Origin: Thermotogota bacterium
Lineage (GTDB): Bacteria > Thermotogota > Thermotogae > Petrotogales > Kosmotogaceae
Reading direction: 5' to 3'
NCBI GenBank assembly: GCA_034660555.1
Contig: JAYEJL010000057.1
Span: 1 to 57,515, forward strand
Length of the DNA stretch: 57,515 nucleotides
Position 1 is the stretch's first letter. Each line of letters opens with the position of its first letter. The position numbers and the translations under genes were made by a program. This document shows positions 29,568-39,410 of the stretch, piece after piece. Below the pieces are notes generated by a model. It did not search any database, was not told where the DNA came from, and saw nothing but the letters and a program-made list of their open reading frames with translations.

Positions 29568-30653
29568 ATGAAGACTGGAAAGGAACTAACCAGTAGTAGA
29601 AAAAGCATATTCTGGACCGTTGTTCTGGTTTTGGCCATAGGCCTAACTGTAAATATTATTATTTCATTTATTTTTGATATTAATGAGATTATTGCTGTGC
29701 TGAAAAGTGTTGACTATAAGGTGCTGCTTTATCCTTTTTTGATCTTTTCCGTTATCTACGTGATTGATACAGTAAGGCTGAAACTAATAACCTCGCAAAT
29801 GGAGATAGATATCACACTGGGAGACGCTGTGTACAACAGCATAGTGGGTTATTTTGTTTCTAACCTAACACCAATGGCAAGCGGTGGACAACCCTTTCAG
29901 GCATATCATCTTACCACGGTTGGTGTTAATTCAGAAGATGCCACAAATATCTTTATGTCGAGGTTCACAGAGTTCCTTATTTTTTCAACAGCTACTGTAT
30001 TGATATTTTTAAGAACGATCCTGTCTTTATTACGTATAAGTGGCGGCATAGCTTCGAAGTTCATAATACTTGGATTAATTGTAGCAGCATCAACTGTATT
30101 AATTTTTGGATTATTGCTGTGGAAGCCAAGGGTTCTTTACCATCTGCTGGCTTTTGTTGATCGAACCTTTATGGGAAAATTGTTAAGAAAAATTTTAAAA
30201 AAAGATGAATTACTGCAATCCTTCGAGCAGTGGGTCAACAAGTTTGAAAAGAGCATAACGTTTCTTTGGAGTAAAAAATTTTTCTTTATACTTATTGACC
30301 TTCTTCTGGGTGGAGCTGTAATCTTTTTCCAGGCTCTTTCGCTCTACGTAGTGTTGAATATTGTTGGTGGTATTACTATTGGTTTATGGGAGTTGTTTTT
30401 GTTATTTTTGACGTTAAATTTAGTTGTTTATTATGTACCAAGTCCTGGAGCAAGTGGAAGTGTGGAAGGTGTCTATAATCTTGTGCTTAGTGGATTGGCC
30501 TTCAATTCTTCGAAAGTTGTGGCCGGTGTTATCATCTGGCGATTTGCCACCTTTTATTTTCACATATTTTTTGAGATCGTTTATTTAATAATCTATAATT
30601 TTTGGAGGAAATCATCCAATGCCGAAAATAGCAGCGCTTGTAGTGACGTTTAA
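29568..30653 (+). CDS. LPG_synthase_TM (UPF0104) flippase-like membrane protein
   Basis: NLTPMASGGQP, PSPGASGSVE, WRFATFY; multiple TM helices. Confidence 0.85.
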   Translation: MKTGKELTSSRKSIFWTVVLVLAIGLTVNIIISFIFDINEIIAVLKSVDYKVLLYPFLIFSVIYVIDTVRLKLITSQMEIDITLGDAVYNSIVGYFVSNLTPMASGGQPFQAYHLTTVGVNSEDATNIFMSRFTEFLIFSTATVLIFLRTILSLLRISGGIASKFIILGLIVAASTVLIFGLLLWKPRVLYHLLAFVDRTFMGKLLRKILKKDELLQSFEQWVNKFEKSITFLWSKKFFFILIDLLLGGAVIFFQALSLYVVLNIVGGITIGLWELFLLFLTLNLVVYYVPSPGASGSVEGVYNLVLSGLAFNSSKVVAGVIIWRFATFYFHIFFEIVYLIIYNFWRKSSNAENSSACSDV

Positions 30654-31515
30654 TCGTAGAAAACTGCTGGAGAAAACACTGGATCTGATTTATACCCAGA
30701 CCAGACAACCGGACTGTGTGGTTGTTGTAAACAATGGTAGTACAGATGATACAGAAGATTTTCTTAACGCTTATAAGAATAATAAAGAAAGCATGGAGAT
30801 CGTAAACACCGGTGATAATTTGGGTGGAGCAGGTGGATTTTCCCGGGGGATACATTACATATACGATAAATATGAATTCGATTGGATTTGGTTGATGGAT
30901 GATGACGCCTTCCCTGCTAAAAATGCTCTTGAAAAATTACTTGCGTTCTACAACTCACAATCGGATAAATTACAGAGACGAATAGGGGTTATTCAGAATG
31001 AGATGATTACAAGTCCTGAAGAATTTGAGATACTTGTTAAAGAAAATCGCGAGCCCCGGAAGAAAATGAGAATTTTCGGCATGTTTGTTGGATATTTCAT
31101 AAAAACTGAAGTTGTAGGGAAAATAGGATTCCCCGATAAGAATTTTTTTCTTTATTATGATGATGCGGAATATACTTTCAGAGCGAAGAAATTGGGCTAT
31201 AAGGTGTTTACAATTAGAGGGAGTTATATACTGCACAGGGATTGGGCCAAGCTGGACAGAATCCGGAAATTGTTTTTTTCAAAACCTGATATGGCAGCCT
31301 GGAAAGTTTATTACGTCTTCAGAAATGCTTTTTTGATGTTTCAGAATAATGGATTCGTAAAGTTTTTTCTGAAGTTGTATTTTAGTTTTGATTTGCTTAT
31401 CTGGAAGATCGTAAAACCAGAGGTTGTACCCTTTGCAAAGAAGGGGATGGAAGATGGTTTAAATGGTATAAAAGGGTGCACAGTAGAACCCGGTCAGAAA
31501 AGGCTTGAGGAGTGA
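30619..31515 (+). CDS. GT2 glycosyltransferase, galactofuranosyltransferase (GlfT1/GlfT2)-like
   Basis: VVTFNRR, NLGGAGGF, WLMDDD, FFLYYDDAEY, YYVFRN; adjacent to glf. Confidence 0.82.
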   Translation: MPKIAALVVTFNRRKLLEKTLDLIYTQTRQPDCVVVVNNGSTDDTEDFLNAYKNNKESMEIVNTGDNLGGAGGFSRGIHYIYDKYEFDWIWLMDDDAFPAKNALEKLLAFYNSQSDKLQRRIGVIQNEMITSPEEFEILVKENREPRKKMRIFGMFVGYFIKTEVVGKIGFPDKNFFLYYDDAEYTFRAKKLGYKVFTIRGSYILHRDWAKLDRIRKLFFSKPDMAAWKVYYVFRNAFLMFQNNGFVKFFLKLYFSFDLLIWKIVKPEVVPFAKKGMEDGLNGIKGCTVEPGQKRLEE

Positions 31516-31519
31516 TTTT

Positions 31520-32626
31520 ATGAATTGGGACGTTGTCGTGGTAGGCGCAGGACTTGCAGGAGCAACAGCAGCAAGAATACTTGCTGAACGCGATTATTCG
31601 GTTCTTGTTGTAGAACGACTGAATCATATCGGCGGACACTGTTATGATTACAGGGATGAGAATGGGATAACCGTACACAAATACGGTCCCCATATTTTCC
31701 ACACGAATGATGAAAACGCGTGGAATTTCGCCAATCGATTTACAGAATTTGAATATTATCAACATAGAGTAAAAAGTTATGTAGATGGTATGTACGTGCC
31801 CTTCCCAATTAACAGAGATACGATTTGTCAGCTGTATGGAACTAATATAGATTCAAAAGAAGTCAGAGATTTTCTAAAAGGCGAAGTAGAGGATTCAACA
31901 TTTTCTAACCCACCCGAGAATTTCAAGGATGCAGTTATTTCCCAGGTTGGAGATTACCTCTACAAAAAGTTCTTTGAGGGTTATACGAAAAAACAATGGG
32001 GAACTGATCCAGAGAATTTGTCACCTGGATTGGCAAAAAGAATACCTGTAAGGACAAATCGTGATGATAGGTATTTTACAGATAAATACCAAGGCATCCC
32101 TTCAAAAGGATATACTGCGCTTGTAGAAAACATGCTGGAACATGAAAAAATATCGATATTAACGGGAGCTGACTTCTTTGAGATTAAAGATGGTTTATCC
32201 TGTGATCTGACGGTTTATACGGGTGAGCTTGATAGATTCTTTGACTACAAATACGGGAAATTACAGTATCGTTCTCTTGAGTTGAAATTGAAAACCTTTG
32301 AAATGGAACATTATCAGCCAGTATCAGTGGTTAATTATCCGGGTGATTATGACTGGACCAGAATAACTGAATTTAAACATTTTCTAAAAGAAGGCAAAGG
32401 AGTAAATAAAACAACTGTCTGTTTTGAATATCCCAAAGCGGAAGGTGAGCCATACTACATTGTTCCTACAAATAAAAACTTTGAGCGGCGGGCGAAGTAT
32501 ATGAAGGAAGTAGAGCATCTGGAAAACAGTCGTAGATATTTGTTTGTTGGCAGACTTGCAGAATATAAATATTACAACATGGATCAGGTAATATCAGCAG
32601 TTCAGCAAAAAATCAGTCGTTATTAA
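31520..32626 (+). CDS. glf: UDP-galactopyranose mutase
   Basis: VVGAGLAG, HKYGPHIFHT, YTKKQWG, YQGIP, WTRITEFKHF, GRLAEYKYYNMD. Confidence 0.95.
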   Translation: MNWDVVVVGAGLAGATAARILAERDYSVLVVERLNHIGGHCYDYRDENGITVHKYGPHIFHTNDENAWNFANRFTEFEYYQHRVKSYVDGMYVPFPINRDTICQLYGTNIDSKEVRDFLKGEVEDSTFSNPPENFKDAVISQVGDYLYKKFFEGYTKKQWGTDPENLSPGLAKRIPVRTNRDDRYFTDKYQGIPSKGYTALVENMLEHEKISILTGADFFEIKDGLSCDLTVYTGELDRFFDYKYGKLQYRSLELKLKTFEMEHYQPVSVVNYPGDYDWTRITEFKHFLKEGKGVNKTTVCFEYPKAEGEPYYIVPTNKNFERRAKYMKEVEHLENSRRYLFVGRLAEYKYYNMDQVISAVQQKISRY

Positions 32627-33411
32627 ATACTTCTCTATAGAAATCGTCTGTCATTTGAGAAATACCATTTGTAGCATATATGTTGGGGTTGAATAGATCG
32701 AATGATTCGTTAAGACAGCTTGATATGCTTCCCCCGGCTTCCTGTACCAAAATTATCCCGGCTGCTACATCCCAGGGCTTCAATTGTTCCTCCCAGAAAA
32801 CTTCAGCTCTTCCGGCAGAAACGTAACACAAATCCAGATACGCGCTACCCGTTATTCGTAAAGCCCGACATTTGTTAATTGCTTTACTGATCCTGCTGCA
32901 TAACCTTTGATATGATTTTGATGAAGAATATTGTAAGCCTGTATGAGCAGAACATTCTGTCAATTTATTTATGTTACTTGTTTGAATCAGCTTTCCGTTA
33001 AGGTATGCACCATGATTTTTCACTGCAGTAAACATTTCGTTGGTTGATGGGTCGTAGGTCGTAGGTGACACCCAGCAAGATTCTGTCTTTATCAACCAGT
33101 GATATACTGGTTGAAAAGTGTGGATTCATGCGGGAGAAGTTTGTGGTTCCGTCAATAGGATCGAGTATCCACAATAACTCTCCCCTTGTGACTTGTTTGG
33201 TTTCTTCTCCAAGAAAAGAAGCCTCAGGAAGCAGTTCATTAACGTAGCTTTTTAACCAATTTTCCATCTGATAATCGGCATCTGTAACAATATCTCTGAA
33301 TCCTGATTTCTTCTTAATCTTCTTCCGGGATTCAAGATCAAGTCTTTTCCAGAGATCTTTGATTTTCTTCTCCGGTTTTTCTACAATAGATGAAAGACTT
33401 GATTCATCCAC
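32613..33411 (-). pseudogene. suhB: Inositol monophosphatase family (SuhB), frameshifted by a 7-bp tandem duplication
   Basis: 5' ORF has DIVTDAD, GEE and WILDPIDGTTNF; 3' frame has GSA-LDL and PWDVAAG. Removing one GGTCGTA copy gives a continuous 263-aa ORF. Confidence 0.88.
33050..33063. repeat. Tandem duplication (GGTCGTA)x2
   Basis: Read directly from the sequence; sits exactly at the suhB frame switch. Confidence 0.9.
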
Positions 33412-35752
33412 GCAATTTCACTCCAAGAGCCTTCACTGCTTCTACAATTTTATTGACCACAGCGTTGATCCTTTCATCCTTTAATGTTTCTTCATAGGAT
33501 TCAAAAACAAGCGTAATGGTTATGCTTTTTTCACCTTCAGGTATACCTTTGCCTGTGTATATGTCCTTTAATTTTATCTCACTAAGAATTTTATCTGAAT
33601 TATCAACGATAGCCTTTTCGATCTTTTCGTAGGGCATATCCTGAGACATAATGAAAGATAGATCTCTGAAAACGCGGGGATACTGTGAGATGGCAAATTT
33701 TCTCTTACGTGAAACCCTTTCTGAATGAAGGTCTCTTAATTCTAGTTCAGCCACATATACATCCTGATTCTTGATATCGTAGTTCTTTTCGACAATTCTG
33801 GCGTCGATTATACCGGCGAAACCTATTTTTTCCCCATTAACGTAAATGTCGAAGGAAGCACGGTTTTCAAGAAAGTTCTCTTCTGATTTAGAAAAATTGT
33901 AGTCATATCCAAGAGACTCCAGGATTATTTCAATGTTTCCTTTGAAAGAATAAAAGGAAATGTTTCTTTTATCTGTGTAGTCATTAGGATTTTCCAGCCC
34001 GGTTTCAAGCAAACCCAGAACTTCCTTTTCCTTTGAGTTTGGTGTGAAAATGTTGCCCATTTCGAACAATTTCAAATCAACATTCTGCCTTCGCACATTA
34101 TAAGAAGCCGTGTCAAGTAACCCATAAACCAGTGAAGGTTTGAGAGCAGCCATGTCAAGAGACAATGGATTTTTCAATATTTTATAGGGCTGGCCAAGTT
34201 TTTCTGGATTTTCAGGGTTGATAAAACTGTAAGTCACTATTTCAAAAAAACCAAGGCTACTCATGATGTTTTTAAGTTTCTGGATTTTTTGGAGCTCTAA
34301 AGGAACACCCAACCCTTTTGCTGGCAATTGTGGAATTTTTGATTCTATTTTATCGTAGCCATAGATTCTACCAACCTCTTCAGCGAGATCGTTTTCCTGT
34401 TCTATATCGAATCTGTGAGATGGCACGGTAACATCCCATCCATCACCGTTTTCTTCTAGAGAAAAATTAAGTTTTTCAAGAATTTTTGTGATGTTTTCAA
34501 TCGGGATCACAGATCCGAGTATTTGATCGACCTTCCATTTTCTAAGATGTATTTTTTTTCTGTTAAAAAGCTTTCCTTCATCAACAATTTCTGTAACGGT
34601 TTCAGCTTCTGCGAAATCCGTCAGTAAATCGGCAAGACGCTTTATTACATATTCGGAGTCTTCTGGATCGACTCCTCTCTCAAATCTGTAAGAGCTGTCT
34701 GTAGTAATACCCAATCTGCGGGATGTTTTCCTAATTCTGACGGGGTCGAACACTGCGACTTCCAGTAGCACTTTTTTTGTATTTTCAGAGATGCCTGAGT
34801 TTTCTCCACCCATGATACCAGCCAGAGCGAGTGGTTCTTTTCCATTTGTAATCAACAGATCCTCAGGTTTTAACTCGACCTCTGTTCCGTCCAGCAGTGT
34901 TATTTTTTCATCTTCCTTTGAAGACCGGATAACAATTTTTGAACCGCCAATCTTTTCAACATCAAAAGCGTGAACAGGATGCCCGGTTTCAAGCATAATG
35001 TAGTTTGTGATGTCAACAACATTGTTTATTGGTCTGAGTCCTGCCGAAATGAGCCTTCTTTTAAGCCAGAGAGGCGAGGGTTTGGTTTGTATATTATCGA
35101 GCATCAGGGCTGTATATCTTACACATCCGTCATCATCTATTTTTACAGTAAGTTTTTTGTTGCCATCGGGATTACATTTTACAGTGGGAAGTGAAATATT
35201 TTTATTAAAAATTGCAGCGAATTCCCTAGATATTCCATGTATCGAAAGGCAATCTCCTCTGTTCGCTGTTAGTTCCACTTCGATTACAGGATAATTTAGT
35301 TTAAGCAGCTTTTTAGCATCTATACCCGGTTCCACCGGTTGGTCGAATCGGAAAATTCGCTCCGACTTCTCCTCAAATTTCATCTCCTCAAGAGATATAA
35401 ACATTCCTTCTGAGGTTTTTCCATGGAACTCTCTTTCTCTGATTTCTAGGTCCCAGATTTTTCCTCCCTTAAGTATTACAATTACATAATCTCCTTCTTT
35501 AACTGTTTTGTCCGAGGTGACAATAGTAGCTTTTTCTTTTCCTGTATTGACCTTTGTAATAACAAGATTGTCAGTATCAGGGTGTTCTTCAACCTTTTCG
35601 ATTTTTGCTGATACAGCACCTTCAATATAATTCCATGGGTATTCAATGGATTCCACTTCAGTACCGCTTAAAGATAATTTCTTTGAAAGGTCTCTATCTG
35701 TGATATCAGGAATTTTTACAATATCGTTGACCCATTCAATAGGATATCTCAT
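33404..35752 (-). CDS. pheT: Phenylalanine--tRNA ligase beta subunit
   Basis: [42 protein letters not shown]-terminus. Confidence 0.96.
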   Translation of the reverse strand: MRYPIEWVNDIVKIPDITDRDLSKKLSLSGTEVESIEYPWNYIEGAVSAKIEKVEEHPDTDNLVITKVNTGKEKATIVTSDKTVKEGDYVIVILKGGKIWDLEIREREFHGKTSEGMFISLEEMKFEEKSERIFRFDQPVEPGIDAKKLLKLNYPVIEVELTANRGDCLSIHGISREFAAIFNKNISLPTVKCNPDGNKKLTVKIDDDGCVRYTALMLDNIQTKPSPLWLKRRLISAGLRPINNVVDITNYIMLETGHPVHAFDVEKIGGSKIVIRSSKEDEKITLLDGTEVELKPEDLLITNGKEPLALAGIMGGENSGISENTKKVLLEVAVFDPVRIRKTSRRLGITTDSSYRFERGVDPEDSEYVIKRLADLLTDFAEAETVTEIVDEGKLFNRKKIHLRKWKVDQILGSVIPIENITKILEKLNFSLEENGDGWDVTVPSHRFDIEQENDLAEEVGRIYGYDKIESKIPQLPAKGLGVPLELQKIQKLKNIMSSLGFFEIVTYSFINPENPEKLGQPYKILKNPLSLDMAALKPSLVYGLLDTASYNVRRQNVDLKLFEMGNIFTPNSKEKEVLGLLETGLENPNDYTDKRNISFYSFKGNIEIILESLGYDYNFSKSEENFLENRASFDIYVNGEKIGFAGIIDARIVEKNYDIKNQDVYVAELELRDLHSERVSRKRKFAISQYPRVFRDLSFIMSQDMPYEKIEKAIVDNSDKILSEIKLKDIYTGKGIPEGEKSITITLVFESYEETLKDERINAVVNKIVEAVKALGVKLRG

Positions 35753-36783
35753 TCTACGACCCCCCTGAATGATTCCAAAAACCGCTTGTCATTACGCAGT
35801 AAGTCACGGATGTCTGACAGGTTATATTTAAGCATGGCTATTCTCTCTACGCCAGTTCCCAGAGCAAATCCTGACCATTTTTCAGGATCATAACCTACAT
35901 TACTCAATACATTGGGATGAACAATACCTGCACCAAGTATCTCTACCCAGCCAGTACCTCCACAACTTCTGCATCCTTTCCCCATACATATACCGCAGGA
36001 AACATCGACTTCAAAACTCGGCTCTGTGAAAGGAAAGAAACTTGGTCTAAGCCGAACCTCTCTCTTTTCTCCAAGTATTCTTTTTACAAAATTTTCAAGT
36101 ACTCCTTTAAGGTGGGCAACAGAAACCTCTCTATCAACATAAAGTACCTCAAATTGCGTGAACATCGGGATATGTGTCATATCTGGTGTGTCTTTTCTAA
36201 AACATCTTCCCGGAGAGAAAATGGCTATTGGTGGTTTTCTGTTTTCCATTGTTCTTACTTGAACTGGAGATGTATGAGTTCGCAAAAGCTTGTTCTCTTC
36301 TACATAAAAGGTATCATGCATATCTCTTGCGGGATGCCATTCAGGCGTATTTAAGGCTTCAAAATTATAATAAGGTGTTTCAATTTCTGGTCCTGTTACA
36401 ACTTCAAAACCCATACTTACCCATATATCCTGAATTTCATTGAGGGTTTGAGTAATTAGATGCAATGATCCTATTTCTCTCTTTGCTCCAGGCATTGTGT
36501 GATCTTTTTTTTGACTGAGTTCCTTTAATTTATGTTTTTCTTCCTCTAATTGTTGTCTTTTTACCTTAATTTGTTTCTCAATTTCATTTTTGTATTTGTT
36601 CACTTTTTTCCCAAACGCCTTCTTTTCATCTGCAGGTATATCTTTAACCTGTTTGAACATGGCTGTGATGATACCTTTTTTGCCAAGATATTTTGATTTG
36701 ACATTTTGAAGGTCGTTTAATGATGATGAATCTTCAATATCACTTATTGCCTTGTCAAGTGAAAATTGTTGAGTTTGCGACAT
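35749..36783 (-). CDS. pheS: Phenylalanine--tRNA ligase alpha subunit
   Basis: [34 protein letters not shown]. Confidence 0.97.
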   Translation of the reverse strand: MSQTQQFSLDKAISDIEDSSSLNDLQNVKSKYLGKKGIITAMFKQVKDIPADEKKAFGKKVNKYKNEIEKQIKVKRQQLEEEKHKLKELSQKKDHTMPGAKREIGSLHLITQTLNEIQDIWVSMGFEVVTGPEIETPYYNFEALNTPEWHPARDMHDTFYVEENKLLRTHTSPVQVRTMENRKPPIAIFSPGRCFRKDTPDMTHIPMFTQFEVLYVDREVSVAHLKGVLENFVKRILGEKREVRLRPSFFPFTEPSFEVDVSCGICMGKGCRSCGGTGWVEILGAGIVHPNVLSNVGYDPEKWSGFALGTGVERIAMLKYNLSDIRDLLRNDKRFLESFRGVVE

Positions 36784-36813
36784 CAAGACACCTCCAGTAG
36801 CATTTTAGCGAAG

Positions 36814-37239
36814 TTAACTCTGATTGCAGTTCTTACAAATACCTTCAAAGGTAATTTTTACGCTTTCTGTAATAAAACCCTCTGGCGGGATTTCTTTAAA
36901 GCAATCAATAAGTTTTTCTCTATCAACACGAATGTCGTATACCTTATGGCATTTTCTGCAAATGAAATGTGGATGTATCTTTGTATTGGGATCAAATCGT
37001 TTCATGCCATTCACACGGGCTACCGCGTTAATTAAACCTTCCTCTTCCAGCAGCTCAAGCACATTGTATATGGTTGCTATGGAAATGTTTGGGTGTGTTT
37101 TCAAAACGATTCTAAATATCTCCTCTGCTGAAGGATGGTCTGTATTGCCCTCAAGTGCTTTTAGAACAGCTACGCGCTGTGGTGTTATTCTGTAGCCTTT
37201 ATTCTTTAAATATTTTACAGCTTCATCGGTTCTTAACAT
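36814..37239 (-). CDS. Fur-family transcriptional regulator (PerR-like)
   Basis: RITPQR, HPSAEE, ATIYN, HPHFICRKC, GICKNC. Confidence 0.92.
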   Translation of the reverse strand: MLRTDEAVKYLKNKGYRITPQRVAVLKALEGNTDHPSAEEIFRIVLKTHPNISIATIYNVLELLEEEGLINAVARVNGMKRFDPNTKIHPHFICRKCHKVYDIRVDREKLIDCFKEIPPEGFITESVKITFEGICKNCNQS

Positions 37240-37342
37240 TTTATAGATGCCTCCTATGGTGTTTTATTCATTATACAATAAAATTTGGCATCCTTTTAAA
37301 GATGCTCATTAACGATACGTTAAGAGAGTTGGTAAAGGGTTT

Positions 37343-38257
37343 CTATTTGATATGGTATTTATCCGGTATTATTCCTGATAAAAACTCTTCGTATTCAGTG
37401 TTATTCAAATTCCCCATAATAGCTAATTTAATTCCGTTCTCAAGTTCTTCTACATAATATTTTAAGCTGTATTCGTTGCACATCGACTGTATTTTATCCA
37501 TGAAATCTTCTGTTGATGTACCAGAAAAAAGATATATGATAACTCTTCCCATGGATGAAGAAAACAAATAAAGCACGTAGATAGAAGATTCTTCAATATT
37601 ATTGCTTAAGGGAATGAAATCCATGGCGCTCCAGTGAAAATTATTCTTGATAAAACTTTCAGAAAATTTCATGGGTGAATCAACAACGTCCTTTTCATCA
37701 AGGATGTTGTAAAGTATAAGGGATCCTTCATCTGAAAGTTGTTTGTAATTTTTATAACTCACTTCAATGGTATGAAAGGGGTACCTTTTTACAAGTTTTA
37801 ACAATCTATTGTTTTCATCGAGTGTAACTTCAAATCTCACATCGTTACTGCTAATAATAAACTTATTGCTTGAAGGTAGATCGATAAAGAATTCTACGGT
37901 ATAGTTTTCGTTAATTATTGTTCTAATGAAAGCGTCTTCAGCATCACTTATGGGGATTAGGGGCTCCAGCGCAATATCACCCAAAATAACATATTCACCT
38001 TTTGGATTTCTATGCCACGCATACTTACGATATGGGGTAGTCACCAGCACCAGTTTGCTTGAACCACTTTTATAAACCTTTTCATAACGTACTACGTGGG
38101 CAATACCGTCTTCCCTAACAGAACGTTCAACTTCATACACTGCGTTGTTTAAATCCCTTGCTGTTTGTTCGAGCAGAGTTCTCTCATCTTCGCTGGCAGC
38201 AAGTAAATTAAAAAATGCAGAAATAATAATACCTGTAAGAATAATGTTTTTGAACAT
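37343..38257 (-). CDS. Exported hypothetical protein, possible RseB/MucB-like partner of the anti-sigma factor
   Basis: Signal peptide MFKNIILTGIIISAFFNLLAA; beta-rich; third gene of the ECF module. Confidence 0.55.
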   Translation of the reverse strand: MFKNIILTGIIISAFFNLLAASEDERTLLEQTARDLNNAVYEVERSVREDGIAHVVRYEKVYKSGSSKLVLVTTPYRKYAWHRNPKGEYVILGDIALEPLIPISDAEDAFIRTIINENYTVEFFIDLPSSNKFIISSNDVRFEVTLDENNRLLKLVKRYPFHTIEVSYKNYKQLSDEGSLILYNILDEKDVVDSPMKFSESFIKNNFHWSAMDFIPLSNNIEESSIYVLYLFSSSMGRVIIYLFSGTSTEDFMDKIQSMCNEYSLKYYVEELENGIKLAIMGNLNNTEYEEFLSGIIPDKYHIK

Positions 38258-38271
38258 ATACAATACCTCTA

Positions 38272-38712
38272 TTAAAATCCTGTTCCAAGTACCATGTAAT
38301 CTGATTCAGTGTTATCACTCTCATTAAAAAAGCCCACAGAACGTCTCACCAGTTCCTCATCGATATCTTCAAAGTTAGATAAATCTACATTTCTTTCTAT
38401 TTCACTGTTTGTTTCAGAAGCATTTTTATTGGCAATTATTATCGTGTTGTTTGAAATAAAGTCGATGCCAGTGAAAAGAACCAAAAGACATGCAGCTGCA
38501 GCTACCGCTATTCGATATGGAATGAATTTCCTTTTCTTTATCTTGCTTAAAACCCTGTCTTTCGTATTTTCTCCAGGATTGTAAGATGTCTTTTGCTTGT
38601 AAGCTTCAACAAATTTCAGGTATTTTTTTATCTCTTCTTTTTCCTGTTGATCAATATCCTGAGGTTTATTTTTGTTATTGATTAATCTGTCAAAATTATC
38701 GTTATTGAACAT
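38272..38712 (-). CDS. Putative single-TM anti-sigma factor
   Basis: Overlaps the ECF stop; helical N-terminus, KKRK then TM IAVAAAACLLVLFTGI, acidic C-tail. Confidence 0.7.
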   Translation of the reverse strand: MFNNDNFDRLINNKNKPQDIDQQEKEEIKKYLKFVEAYKQKTSYNPGENTKDRVLSKIKKRKFIPYRIAVAAAACLLVLFTGIDFISNNTIIIANKNASETNSEIERNVDLSNFEDIDEELVRRSVGFFNESDNTESDYMVLGTGF

Positions 38713-39265
38713 GGTAATCTACCTCCTCTAGCATATCTCTTAGACGTTTGCGAGCGTAATGAAGTTTGCTTTTTACTGTACCCACCGGTTTGTCAATGAT
38801 ATCGGCTATTTCAGAATAGGCCAGTCCGTCTACATCCCTTAATTTTATAAGTAAACGGTCTTCTTCTGAGAGCCTGTTTATTACTTTTATTAGCTCTTCA
38901 TAACTTAATTCATCCATAACTTCTTTAAAAACGTTTGTCGAAGATTTTGGGTTCAAATTATAATTTTCTTCTCGCTCCTGAAAATCAGTCAAAAATTGCT
39001 TTCTTTTCTTTCTTTTTGCTATTATATCTTTGCAAACATTCACTGTTATTCTGTATAACCAAGTTGATAGCTTGGAATCACCTCGAAATTTCTTTATACT
39101 CTTAAAAACTTTTATAAATGTTTCCTGCAAAACATCTTCGACATCATCAGTTTTAAGATACGATTTTATGACGCTACCCAGTTTTGGTGCATATTCATCG
39201 TAAAGAGCTTCATATGCCCATACTTTTTTCTTTTTTAGACCCTCTATTAGCTTCTTTTCGTTCAA
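38702..39265 (-). CDS. ECF (RpoE/SigW-like) sigma factor
   Basis: EDVLQETF…FRGDSKLSTWLYRI (region 2), YSEIA…PVGTVKSKLHYAR (region 4); TTG 39265 fits SD AAGGTGA (alternative GTG 39274). Confidence 0.92.
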   Translation of the reverse strand: MNEKKLIEGLKKKKVWAYEALYDEYAPKLGSVIKSYLKTDDVEDVLQETFIKVFKSIKKFRGDSKLSTWLYRITVNVCKDIIAKRKKRKQFLTDFQEREENYNLNPKSSTNVFKEVMDELSYEELIKVINRLSEEDRLLIKLRDVDGLAYSEIADIIDKPVGTVKSKLHYARKRLRDMLEEVDYHVQ

Positions 39266-39410
39266 AAGAATCACCTTTAAATGTTTGAATACACATCAAA
39301 GTATATTTTTTCGTTACAATTATACAGTATAACAATCATGGCATTTCTAACTCGTTTAACACATATATTTCCTAAGGTGTTAGAATTAATAAAAATAAGG
39401 AGGTGTAGTT

